From the NCBI GenBank assembly GCA_945861275.1, contig CAMATZ010000017.1, positions 9,753 through 73,752 on the forward strand: a stretch of DNA of 64,000 nt. The letters run 5' to 3'. Below, in pieces: positions 55,368-64,000 of the stretch. The stretch is from Bordetella parapertussis. Its GTDB lineage: Bacteria; Pseudomonadota; Gammaproteobacteria; Burkholderiales; SG8-41. The notes under the pieces are model-generated. The model was given only the letters and a program-made list of their open reading frames with translations. It did not search any database and had not been told where the DNA came from. Position 1 is the stretch's first letter. Each line of letters starts with the position of its first letter. The position numbers and the translations under genes were made by a program.

Positions 55368-57847
55368 TCCCGCGTATCGACCACTGGCCGTACCTGCCGC
55401 GCGCATTGCTGTTTGCGCTGAGCGCGCTGCTGATCACACTGGCATTTTCGACCAGTGACGCGTTCCGGTGGGCGGATTTTGATTTGTCCGATACCCACAG
55501 CCGCTGGTTCGCGCCGCGGGTGAATTTTGAAAATATAGTGGTGATCGATGTGGATGAGGAATCGGTCACGCAGTTGCAACCCAAGCTCGGGGCGTGGCCG
55601 TATGATCGCGAGGTGTACGCACTGACGCTGGATTGGCTGAAGCGCATGGGTGTGAGCGCGGTGGGCTTCGATATCCTGTTTTCCGAGGCGCGCAAGGGCG
55701 ATGACCTGTTCGCCGATGCGCTCGACGAGCGCGTGGTGCTGGCGGCGGCAGCACTGCCGTTTACCTTTGAACGCGATGCGGCTTATCGCGCGCACCTGGC
55801 GAATAAATCCTGGGGCGCCGCGCCGTCAGCGGGTGTTTATGCGTTGACCGATCTGACTTTGCCGCGAGCGCAGCTCACCCAGCGCGCGGGCATTGGTGTG
55901 GTGAGCGCGCCCTTGGATAGCGATGGCATATTGCGCCGTGTGCCGCTGGCGTTTTCGGCGTACGAGCGGCTTGCGCCGGCGATGGCGTTGGCGCTGTCGC
56001 AGGCGGATGCGCCGTCGGATATGCGGTCGAGCAATGCGTCGGGTAGTCGGTCAGCTACGCCGTCAGGCAGCCCGGCGCCGCAAATCGCGGTGAGCGACGG
56101 GCGCTTGAGTGTGGGTGCTAAATCCTGGCCGGTGTCCCGGCTTGGCGAAGTGGTGCTGCGCTATCCCGCGAACCTGGACACGTTGCGCACGGTGCCGTTT
56201 TATCAAGTGGCGCTGGCGGCTTCGGGCGCGGCGGCTTTGCAGCCGCTGGCGGATGCGTTGGGCGCGTCGCTGCGCGGCAAGCGCGTGGTGATCGGCAGTA
56301 CCAGCGCGGCGCTGGGCGATCACGTGCAAACGCCACTGGGGCGTCTGCCCGGCGTCAAACTGCAGGCGATGGTTGCCGGGTTGCTGGCCGGTGGCCATGT
56401 ATTGACGCCGCGTTCAGCAGCGTGGGAAATGTTTTTGGCAACCTGCGTGACGCTGCTGGTACTGGTGGCGGGGTTGCGGCGCTGGCAATCGAACACCGTG
56501 GTGCAGTGGAGTGTCATTCCGTTGGTGGTTGTTTTGGTTGGGGTTGTTGCGGCAATTGCGCAGAGCCACGGGCAGGCCATGGGCTTGCTGTTTGCCATTT
56601 CGGCGGGTGTGTTGACCCATCTCATCGGCCTGTTGTTCCAGCAGGCGCAGCTTGACCGTCGCAATCAGCGGCTGGAAATGGAAAAGCGCACCGCACAGCA
56701 GGCGGATGCGCTGAAGAGCCAGTTTCTGTCACACATCACGCACGAATTACGCACACCGCTGACTGCGATCATGGGCTTTAACAACATCAACTGGCACGGC
56801 AATGACCTGGGGCGCGATCAACGCATCAGCAACAGCGAGATCGTTGATCGCAATTGCCAGCATATGTTGTCACTGGTGAACAACCTGCTCGATCAAGCGA
56901 AGATTGACGCCGGGCAACTCACCATACAGCGGCACCCCGATAAGCTGAGTGCCGTAGTGCAGGAAGCCGTGGCCACGGTGGAGCCGCTGCTGCGCGGCAA
57001 ACCGGTGAAACTGCGCTGCGATGAAATCGATGTGCCGGAATTACTCGACATTGATGCGTTCCGGCTGCGCCAAATCGTGCTTAACCTGCTCAGCAACGCC
57101 ATCAAATTCATCAAAAAGGGCGAGATCAGCGTGGTGTCGGCGTGGCACGAAGGCGAATTGACGATATCGGTTGTCGATACCGGCCCGGGCATGAGTGAAG
57201 ACGTGGTGAAACGGCTGTTTACCGCTTTTCAGCAAGCGGATGCTGGTATCGCCGCCACACACGGGGGTACCGGGCTGGGCCTGACCATCAGCAGGAACCT
57301 TGCACGATTAATGGGTGGCGACATCAGGGTACACAGCAAGCTTGGGCAGGGCGCGGTATTTACTGTCACGGTCGAGGCTGCGCGTGCGCAAGCCGCGGGT
57401 GAGCTAACGGTGTCGCAGGCAGCAGCGTTGCCGGTGCGCAATGTGCTGCAAGGCTTGGTACTGGTGGCCGAGGATATGCCAGACACGCGTGCACAGGTGG
57501 CGCGTCATCTGGAACAATTAGGATTGAGCGTGCTGCAGGCTGAAAACGGCGAGCAGGCGATAGAAATTGCGCTGGGCAAACGGCCCGATGTGGTGCTGAT
57601 GGATATGGAAATGCCGGTGGTTGCGGGGGGCGAAGCCACGCGCACGCTGCGCATGTGCGGCTTCAGCGCGCCGATACTGGCGCTCACTACGCACAAGAGT
57701 GAGGCGGAACGCACGCGCGCGCTGGCGGCAGGTTGCAACAGCGTACTTGAGAAACCGCTGACGCGCGCGAGTCTGCTGACGGCGTTGGCCTCGGCGCTGG
57801 CGCCGCGCGCCACGCCAGCGACATCCGCTGCGCGCGACGCATTGTAA
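55364..57847 (+). CDS. CHASE2-domain hybrid sensor histidine kinase/response regulator
   Basis: N-terminal CHASE2-like periplasmic domain with TM segments, HisKA (SHITHELRTPLTAI), HATPase (GTGLGLTISRNL), C-terminal receiver (VLVAEDMPD...DVVLMDMEMP). Confidence 0.75.
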   Translation: MIPRIDHWPYLPRALLFALSALLITLAFSTSDAFRWADFDLSDTHSRWFAPRVNFENIVVIDVDEESVTQLQPKLGAWPYDREVYALTLDWLKRMGVSAVGFDILFSEARKGDDLFADALDERVVLAAAALPFTFERDAAYRAHLANKSWGAAPSAGVYALTDLTLPRAQLTQRAGIGVVSAPLDSDGILRRVPLAFSAYERLAPAMALALSQADAPSDMRSSNASGSRSATPSGSPAPQIAVSDGRLSVGAKSWPVSRLGEVVLRYPANLDTLRTVPFYQVALAASGAAALQPLADALGASLRGKRVVIGSTSAALGDHVQTPLGRLPGVKLQAMVAGLLAGGHVLTPRSAAWEMFLATCVTLLVLVAGLRRWQSNTVVQWSVIPLVVVLVGVVAAIAQSHGQAMGLLFAISAGVLTHLIGLLFQQAQLDRRNQRLEMEKRTAQQADALKSQFLSHITHELRTPLTAIMGFNNINWHGNDLGRDQRISNSEIVDRNCQHMLSLVNNLLDQAKIDAGQLTIQRHPDKLSAVVQEAVATVEPLLRGKPVKLRCDEIDVPELLDIDAFRLRQIVLNLLSNAIKFIKKGEISVVSAWHEGELTISVVDTGPGMSEDVVKRLFTAFQQADAGIAATHGGTGLGLTISRNLARLMGGDIRVHSKLGQGAVFTVTVEAARAQAAGELTVSQAAALPVRNVLQGLVLVAEDMPDTRAQVARHLEQLGLSVLQAENGEQAIEIALGKRPDVVLMDMEMPVVAGGEATRTLRMCGFSAPILALTTHKSEAERTRALAAGCNSVLEKPLTRASLLTALASALAPRATPATSAARDAL

Positions 57848-57885
57848 AATAACGCTCACCTCAAACTTTTCGAGAGCGGCTTGTT

Positions 57886-59610
57886 ATGACTGCCTTGCCC
57901 ATGACCTGGGGTCGCACGCGCGGCGCGGTGGCGCTGGTACTGGCGCTCACGCTGCCACTCACGCTGCCATTTACGCTGTGCCAGGCTGCCGAGCCGCAGG
58001 CTGATTACGTTTACACCATAGTTCAGGGCGACACGCTTATCGGCGTCTCCACGCGTCTGCTGCACACGCCTGTCGACTGGCCCAAGGTGGCGCGCCACAA
58101 TCGTTTGCCTAATCCGAACTACCTGCTGCCTGGCGCCAGGCTGCGGGTGCCGTTTGCCCTGCTGAAAACCACCTCGGCGATGGCAACGGTGACACATGTG
58201 CATGGCGATGTACGGGCCGTGTCCAGCGCTCACAGTGTGCCCGGTGCACCCGCTGCGCTGACCCTTGGTGCGTCACTCGCAGAAGGTGCGCAGGTCACTA
58301 CCGGCAAAGACGGCTATGTCACCTTAAAGCTGCAAGACGGATCCGCCGTGCGCGTGCAGTCGGAGAGTCAGATGCAGATGGAGCGCATGCGCACGTACGC
58401 CGGCGTGGGTGTGTTCGAATCGGCGATGCGCTTGATCTCGGGGCGCGTGGAATCGCTGGTGCGCCGGCCCGGCGATAAAACACAAACGCGGCACAGTGTT
58501 ACCACGCCTCTGGCGACCCTGGCTGCGCGCGGCACCGAATTTCGCGTGACCATGGATGCGCGAAACAATCTAACACGCGGTGAGGTGCTCGACGGCGTGG
58601 TGGGCGTGGGGGCAGGAAGTGCACCTGAGGCCAAGGATGAAAAACAGCTGCATGCGGGATTCGGCAGCGTGGTGGATGCCGCTAAAAACGTGTCTGACCC
58701 GATTAAATTGCTGGACGCGCCCGATGTCTCAAAGCTGGCGAAACTGCAGCAGCGCACGCTGCTGCGCTTCGTGCTGGCGGCGCAGGCGGGTGCGCACACC
58801 TATCGCGCACAGCTGGCGCGCGATGCGGCGTTTAACGGTGTGATCGCGGAACTGATTTCGCCGTCGCCGGAATTGCGCATCGCGAATATCGCCGACGGTG
58901 CTTATTTCCTGCGCGTGCGTGCGGTGGACGCGCGCGGGTTCGAAGGCCGCGACGCGACCCATGCGTTCACCCTCAAGGCGCGTCCGGAACCGCCGCTGAT
59001 ATCGGCGCCGGCGGCCAGAGGCAAGGTGCGTGCGAGCGCGGTCGAGTTTCGGTGGGCGGAAAACACCGAGGCTGCGACTTACCATTTGCAGGTCGCGAAA
59101 GACGCGTCGTTTAAGGCGCTGGTTCACGAAAATACCGCGATCATAGGCGCGCAGGCGGTAGCGTCCCAGCTCGCGCTGGGCGAATATTTTTGGCGTGTGG
59201 CGAGTCTGCGGCGCGATGGCGACCGCGGGCCGTATGGCGATGCGGCGAGTTTTGTGCTGATGGCGCCACCGGCACACCCGGAACCTCCGCAAATTGGCGA
59301 CAACGATATTAAGTTTCGCTGGGCGGGAGAAGCGGGCCAACAATTTGCGTTTGAAGTGGCCGTCGACCTGCAGTTTACCCAGCCTCTGCTGACGCGTACG
59401 CTGGATAAACCTGAAATCGCGGTGCCACGTCCCGCACCGGGCATCTATTTCATGCGTTATCGCGCCACCGATGCCGACGGATTCGTGGGGCCCTATTCTT
59501 CGGTGCAAACATTCACGGTGCCGGTACGGCCGCCAGCGCCCACCTGCCTGATGGATTCCGCAGGACGCTGCGTGTCCGCCACCCACGGACTGGTTGCGCC
59601 GGGGCAATAA
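57886..59610 (+). CDS. secreted LysM-domain plus FecR-domain protein with C-terminal Ig/FN3-like repeats
   Basis: Signal peptide. LysM (YTIVQGDTLIGVS). FecR-like segment. Repeated ~90-aa units. Common partner of CHASE2 kinases. Confidence 0.55.
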   Translation: MTALPMTWGRTRGAVALVLALTLPLTLPFTLCQAAEPQADYVYTIVQGDTLIGVSTRLLHTPVDWPKVARHNRLPNPNYLLPGARLRVPFALLKTTSAMATVTHVHGDVRAVSSAHSVPGAPAALTLGASLAEGAQVTTGKDGYVTLKLQDGSAVRVQSESQMQMERMRTYAGVGVFESAMRLISGRVESLVRRPGDKTQTRHSVTTPLATLAARGTEFRVTMDARNNLTRGEVLDGVVGVGAGSAPEAKDEKQLHAGFGSVVDAAKNVSDPIKLLDAPDVSKLAKLQQRTLLRFVLAAQAGAHTYRAQLARDAAFNGVIAELISPSPELRIANIADGAYFLRVRAVDARGFEGRDATHAFTLKARPEPPLISAPAARGKVRASAVEFRWAENTEAATYHLQVAKDASFKALVHENTAIIGAQAVASQLALGEYFWRVASLRRDGDRGPYGDAASFVLMAPPAHPEPPQIGDNDIKFRWAGEAGQQFAFEVAVDLQFTQPLLTRTLDKPEIAVPRPAPGIYFMRYRATDADGFVGPYSSVQTFTVPVRPPAPTCLMDSAGRCVSATHGLVAPGQ

Positions 59611-59739
59611 GTGCGCGTCGCGGTCGCGGGAATGGCGCGGGTTGTTGCACTGCAACCAGCCCCGAAGTGTCTTTATTTCAACAGCTTATCGTGATATCCT
59701 GCGCGGCTATTTTAAATTTGTGGCGAAGGGCAGGAAATC

Positions 59740-60165
59740 ATGGCGGTAGAGCGTACGTTGTCGATTATCAAGCCGGATGCCGTTGCAAAAAACGTCATTG
59801 GGCAGATTTACACGCGGTTTGAAAATGCGGGGCTGAACATTGTTGCGGCACGCATGGCACAATTATCGCGCGCGGATGCTGAAGGATTTTACGTGATTCA
59901 TAAAGAGCGTCCTTTTTTCAAGGACTTGGTGGATTTTATGACCTCCGGCCCGGTGGTCATTCAGGTGCTCGAAGGTGAAAATGCGGTGCAGAAAAATCGC
60001 GATTTGATGGGCGCGACTGACCCTAAGAAAGCTGCTAAGGGCACCATCCGCGCGGACTTTGCCGCCAGCATCGATGCTAACGCCGCGCACGGTTCGGATT
60101 CAGCGGAAAATGCCGCGGTCGAAATCGCTTATTTTTTCGCCACGCTGGATATTTGTCCCCGATAA
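59740..60165 (+). CDS. ndk: nucleoside diphosphate kinase
   Basis: 141 aa. NIIHGSD active-site region (AHGSDS). Canonical Ndk sequence. Confidence 0.9.
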   Translation: MAVERTLSIIKPDAVAKNVIGQIYTRFENAGLNIVAARMAQLSRADAEGFYVIHKERPFFKDLVDFMTSGPVVIQVLEGENAVQKNRDLMGATDPKKAAKGTIRADFAASIDANAAHGSDSAENAAVEIAYFFATLDICPR

Positions 60166-60183
60166 CGGGTCTAGACAGGTGAT

Positions 60184-61332
60184 ATGCCGGTCAATTTGCT
60201 CGGATTAGGAAGGCCAGAACTCACCTCGTACTGCGCGGACTTGGGTGAAAAGCCCTTTCGCGCCAAACAATTACTGCATTGGATGCATCAGGCGGGCGCG
60301 ACCGATTTCGGCGTCATGAGCGACATCTCCAAGCGGCTTCGCGAACAGCTGGCCCTACAGGCGGTGATCAGCGGCCCAACAGTGGTGCGCGACACCGTCG
60401 CCGCCGACGGCACCCGCAAATGGTTGATGGACGTGGGCGCCAGCAATGCCATTGAAAGCGTGTTTATTCCCGAAGCTACGCGCGGCACCTTGTGCATTTC
60501 TTCGCAAGCCGGATGCGCGCTGGAATGTTCGTTCTGCGCCACCGGGCGCCAGGGTTTTAATCGCAACTTGAGTGTCGCTGAAATCATCGGCCAGTTGTGG
60601 TGGGCCAATCAATGCCTCGGCGCCTACGACAGCCGCAACCAAGCGATGAACAAAAATGAGGCGCGCGCTATCAGCAATGTGGTGATGATGGGCATGGGCG
60701 AGCCACTGGCGAACTTCGACAATGTGGTAGCAGCCATGCAATTGATGCTGGACGATGACGCCTATGGCCTGTCGCGCCGGCGTGTGACATTGTCCACCTC
60801 GGGGCTGGTGCCCGCAATGGATCGGCTGCGGGAGGTGTGTCCGGTGGCGCTGGCGGTGTCGCTGCACGCGCCCAATGATGCCTTGCGTAACCAACTGGTG
60901 CCGATCAACAAGAAATATCCAATCCGCGAGTTACTCGCGGCGTGCGTGCGTTATATCGAAAAAGCGCCGCGTGATTTTGTCACGTTCGAGTACGTGCTGC
61001 TCGACGGCGTGAACGATGCTGTGACGCAGGCGCGTGAACTTGTGGAAACGGTGAAATCCGTGCCCTGCAAAATCAATTTGATTCCATTTAATCCGTTTCC
61101 CGCTTCGGGTTACCAACGCTCCCGGCCCGATGCCGTGGCGCGGTTTCGCGACGTATTGCTGCGCGCCGGGCTGGTGGCTACGACGCGCAAGACGCGCGGC
61201 GACGACATCGCGGCCGCGTGCGGACAACTCGCCGGGCAGGTGGCGGATAAAACGCGCCGCGCGGAACGTTTCAATGCGCGCGCCGCGCTTAGTGAAAATG
61301 CGCTGAATAGGGATGCCGGAGCAACCCCATGA
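60184..61332 (+). CDS. rlmN: 23S rRNA (adenine2503-C2)/tRNA methyltransferase, radical SAM
   Basis: CxxxCxxC ([11 protein letters not shown]). RlmN-family throughout. Confidence 0.85.
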   Translation: MPVNLLGLGRPELTSYCADLGEKPFRAKQLLHWMHQAGATDFGVMSDISKRLREQLALQAVISGPTVVRDTVAADGTRKWLMDVGASNAIESVFIPEATRGTLCISSQAGCALECSFCATGRQGFNRNLSVAEIIGQLWWANQCLGAYDSRNQAMNKNEARAISNVVMMGMGEPLANFDNVVAAMQLMLDDDAYGLSRRRVTLSTSGLVPAMDRLREVCPVALAVSLHAPNDALRNQLVPINKKYPIRELLAACVRYIEKAPRDFVTFEYVLLDGVNDAVTQARELVETVKSVPCKINLIPFNPFPASGYQRSRPDAVARFRDVLLRAGLVATTRKTRGDDIAAACGQLAGQVADKTRRAERFNARAALSENALNRDAGATP

Positions 61333-62117
61333 AACTACTGGTCGTTATTGTGTTGATGAGCGTTTTTTTGACGGCGGGATGCGGCGTGCAACCGACGGTG
61401 CAAGACAGTCAGCTTACCCAGTCCACCACCTCCGACTCGGACCGCGATGCGCGCGGGCGCGCGCGCATCCATACCGATCTTGCGGTGAGTTATCTGGAAA
61501 TACGCAATCTTGCGGTGGCGCTCGAAGAAGCGGGCATCGCGCAACGCGCCGATCCCACCTATGGGCCGGCGTTCAATGCAGCCGGGCTGATTTACATCGA
61601 ATTGCAGGACGATCGCATGGCCGAAGAAAATTTTCGCCAGGCATTGCGTATCAATGCACGCGATTCCGATGCCAATAACAACTATGGTACATTTTTGTGT
61701 CAACGCAAACGCGAAGCCGAGGGCATCAAGCATTTTCTGATCGCGATCAGTGATCCGCTCTATCAGAACCCCGACCGTTCCTATGTGAACGCTGGCGTCT
61801 GCGCGCGGCTGCGCGGCGATCTGGTCAACGCGGAAAATTATTTCCGCAGCGCGCTCAAATTGCGCCCGAATCAAGTGCAGGCGCTGTATCAAATGGCCGA
61901 CATGTCGTACGCGAGCGCGAACTATGCCGAAGCACGGTCGTTTCTGACGCGCCTGAACCCGGTATCGTCGGGCAGCCCGGAAATTCTCTGGCTTATGCTG
62001 CGCACGGAACGGCGCTTGGGCGACAACAATTCGGTGGCCAGTCTGGCGCACCAGCTGCGCTCGAATTTCCCCGAGTCGAAGCAAACCGAGCTGCTGACGG
62101 CCGGGCGTTTTGATTGA
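61329..62117 (+). CDS. pilW: type IV pilus biogenesis/stability TPR lipoprotein PilW
   Basis: Lipobox LTAGC. TPR repeats. Conserved position between rlmN and rodZ. Confidence 0.7.
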   Translation: MKLLVVIVLMSVFLTAGCGVQPTVQDSQLTQSTTSDSDRDARGRARIHTDLAVSYLEIRNLAVALEEAGIAQRADPTYGPAFNAAGLIYIELQDDRMAEENFRQALRINARDSDANNNYGTFLCQRKREAEGIKHFLIAISDPLYQNPDRSYVNAGVCARLRGDLVNAENYFRSALKLRPNQVQALYQMADMSYASANYAEARSFLTRLNPVSSGSPEILWLMLRTERRLGDNNSVASLAHQLRSNFPESKQTELLTAGRFD

Positions 62118-62977
62118 AGCGCATGGAAAATTCCAGCGATCCGGTGCAGGCTGCTACTGTCGCCGCTAGCCCCGTCGCCGAGGCGCCGTTGCCCGGCGCC
62201 GCGTTGGCCGCCGCGCGCGTGGCGCAGGGTATGTCGCAGGAAGATGTCGCGCGCCAGCTCAAGTTGTCGGTGGCGCAAATTCGGGCGATCGAGACGGACG
62301 ATTACGCCAAATTGCCATCACCGGTGTTTGTGCGCGGCTTCATTCGCACCTATGCACGCACGGTGAAACTGGATGCGGCGAAATTGCTTCTGCCCGGGAT
62401 GGTCGCCGCTGAAGCAAGCGATGCACGGATGATGCAAGATGCGCCGCGCGCATCGATCGAACCCAGCCCGTACCGGCGTGTGCCCCAGATCGTCGCCGGC
62501 ATAGCCTGTGTGATGCTGGCACTGGCGTTTTACGAGTTTGTACTGAACGCGCCGCCGGTAGCCGCGCCGATAAGTGCCACGCCTGCAGTTGCGCCTGCGG
62601 CGGCCGTAGCGCCCGACGCTGCACAGACGGTGACGCTTGCCGCGCCCGCCAACGCGGTTGTGGCGGAATCGGTAACACCCGAACCTACGATTGAGCCCAT
62701 CGCCGCGACCAAGGGCAAGGAACCATCGAAAGCGGGCGCCCAACGCGTGCTGCGCTTTGTGTTCGGCGGCGAGTCCTGGGTCGAGGTTCGCGACGGCGAT
62801 GGCAAGATACTGCTGTCCAGAACCAATGCAGCCGGCACGGAACGCGTGGTGCGCGGCGAGCCGCCGTTCAGTGTGGTGGTGGGTGGCGCGGGCAAAGTCA
62901 AGCTGACGTACAACGACAGCGCAATAAATTTAGCGGATTACGCTGACGATGATGTGGCGCGCTTGCAGTTGCAGTGA
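62114..62977 (+). CDS. rodZ: RodZ-like cytoskeleton protein (XRE HTH plus TM plus C-terminal DUF4115)
   Basis: HTH (LAAARVAQGMSQEDVARQLKLSVAQIRAIE). Pro/Ala-rich linker. Conserved C-terminal domain. Synteny with ispG. Confidence 0.65.
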   Translation: MKRMENSSDPVQAATVAASPVAEAPLPGAALAAARVAQGMSQEDVARQLKLSVAQIRAIETDDYAKLPSPVFVRGFIRTYARTVKLDAAKLLLPGMVAAEASDARMMQDAPRASIEPSPYRRVPQIVAGIACVMLALAFYEFVLNAPPVAAPISATPAVAPAAAVAPDAAQTVTLAAPANAVVAESVTPEPTIEPIAATKGKEPSKAGAQRVLRFVFGGESWVEVRDGDGKILLSRTNAAGTERVVRGEPPFSVVVGGAGKVKLTYNDSAINLADYADDDVARLQLQ

Positions 62978-63081
62978 GGAATACGCCGATGCTTACCGGG
63001 ATGAACAGGATATTCCGGATAAGCACTATCGGTTTTCATGCTGTATATCCTGTTCGTCCCGGTTAAAAATACTGCCCTTAA

Positions 63082-64000
63082 CATGAATTGTCTTCCCCTT
63101 TACGGCCCCACCCCACGCCGCACCAGCACCGCCGTGCGCGTTGGTGACGGCGCATGCGTGACGCTAGGCGGCAACGCGCCGATCGTGGTGCAGTCGATGA
63201 CCAATACCGATACCGCCGACATCGCCGGCACCGTTATTCAGGTGGCAGCGCTGGCGCGCGCCGGCTCGGAAATCGTGCGCGTTACCGTCAACACCAGTGA
63301 GGCGGCTGCCGCCGTGCCGCATATACGCGAAAAGCTCGACTCGATGGGTGTCCATGCGCCCTTGGTGGGCGACTTTCATTACAACGGACATCGTTTGCTG
63401 ACGCAGCATCCGGCGTGTGCCGAAGCGCTGGCCAAACTGCGCATTAATCCGGGCAATGTCGGACGCGGCTCTAAGCGCGATGAACAATTCGCGACGATGA
63501 TTGACTTCGCCTGCCGCTACGAAAAACCGGTGCGCATCGGTGTCAACTGGGGAAGCCTCGATCCGGAACTCATCGCGCGCATGATGGATGACAATGCCAG
63601 GCAGGCGGCGCCCGATGACGCCGCCGTGGTCACGCGGCGCGCGCTGGTAGCGTCCGCCATCGACAGCGCGGCGCTGGCTGAAAAACTGGGCTTGGCACAC
63701 GACAAAATTGTGCTGTCGTGCAAGGTGAGCGGCGTGCAGGATTTGATCGCGGTGTATCGCGACCTGGCGGCACGTTGCGACTATGCGCTGCATCTGGGTT
63801 TGACCGAAGCAGGCATGGGCTCCAAAGGCATAGTGGCGTCCACGGCGGCGATGGGGGTGCTGCTGCAGGAAGGCATAGGCGACACCATACGGGTGTCGCT
63901 GACGCCCGAACCCGGTGGCGACCGCACGCGAGAAGTCATTGTTTCTCAAGAGATTTTACAGACAATGGGCCTGCGCTCGTTTACCCCGATGGTGATCGCC
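63082..64000 (+). CDS. ispG: 4-hydroxy-3-methylbut-2-enyl diphosphate synthase (IspG/GcpE), 3' end beyond window
   Basis: Open frame to the window end. [22 protein letters not shown] and NPGNVG motifs. Confidence 0.8.

Noticed and set aside
63164-63949. 261-aa minus-strand ORF
   Set aside because: It is antisense to an unmistakable ispG coding frame (plus strand) that runs off the window. A high-GC frame artefact.

Overview
This ~64 kb window of high-GC (about 62-63%) chromosomal DNA is most likely betaproteobacterial (Burkholderiales). Seven Bug/TctC-family periplasmic binding-protein paralogs and a conserved ndk-rlmN-pilW-rodZ-ispG block at the right end support that placement. Coordinates 1-26 kb hold organic/aromatic-acid catabolism and transport genes. 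These include two convergent 4-hydroxybenzoate 3-monooxygenase paralogs, a dctPQM TRAP transporter, an MBL-fold hydrolase, an enolase-superfamily enzyme, and a phnCE operon that has lost phnD and carries a TusA-like/MetE-like fusion gene. An MFS transporter, a PrpD-family protein, a CocE/NonD hydrolase, an IS91-family transposase remnant and a ~140-bp promoter-bearing repeat family are also present. The most unusual feature is a dense tRNA array at 26.3-33.3 kb. It has about 24 tRNA-like genes for at least 17 amino-acid specificities, many with non-canonical conserved positions. The array is preceded by a small XRE-type regulator with a palindromic operator. An RtcB RNA ligase gene sits inside the array. 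One tRNA-Cys-like gene is split at its variable arm by a 266-bp palindromic element. SPFH-domain and HNH-endonuclease genes follow the array. No integrase or rRNA is present. Coordinates 33-64 kb are largely housekeeping: CoA-transferase, acyl-CoA ligase/dehydrogenase/APH-like kinase operon, NfeD-SPFH pair, MlaA, gabD, GGT, accA, tilS, CHASE2 hybrid histidine kinase, ndk, rlmN, pilW, rodZ and partial ispG. Several tandem-repeat and hairpin features also occur. All calls rest on reading the sequence and ORF translations. tRNA coordinates and anticodons were folded by hand and should be confirmed with tRNAscan-SE or Infernal.
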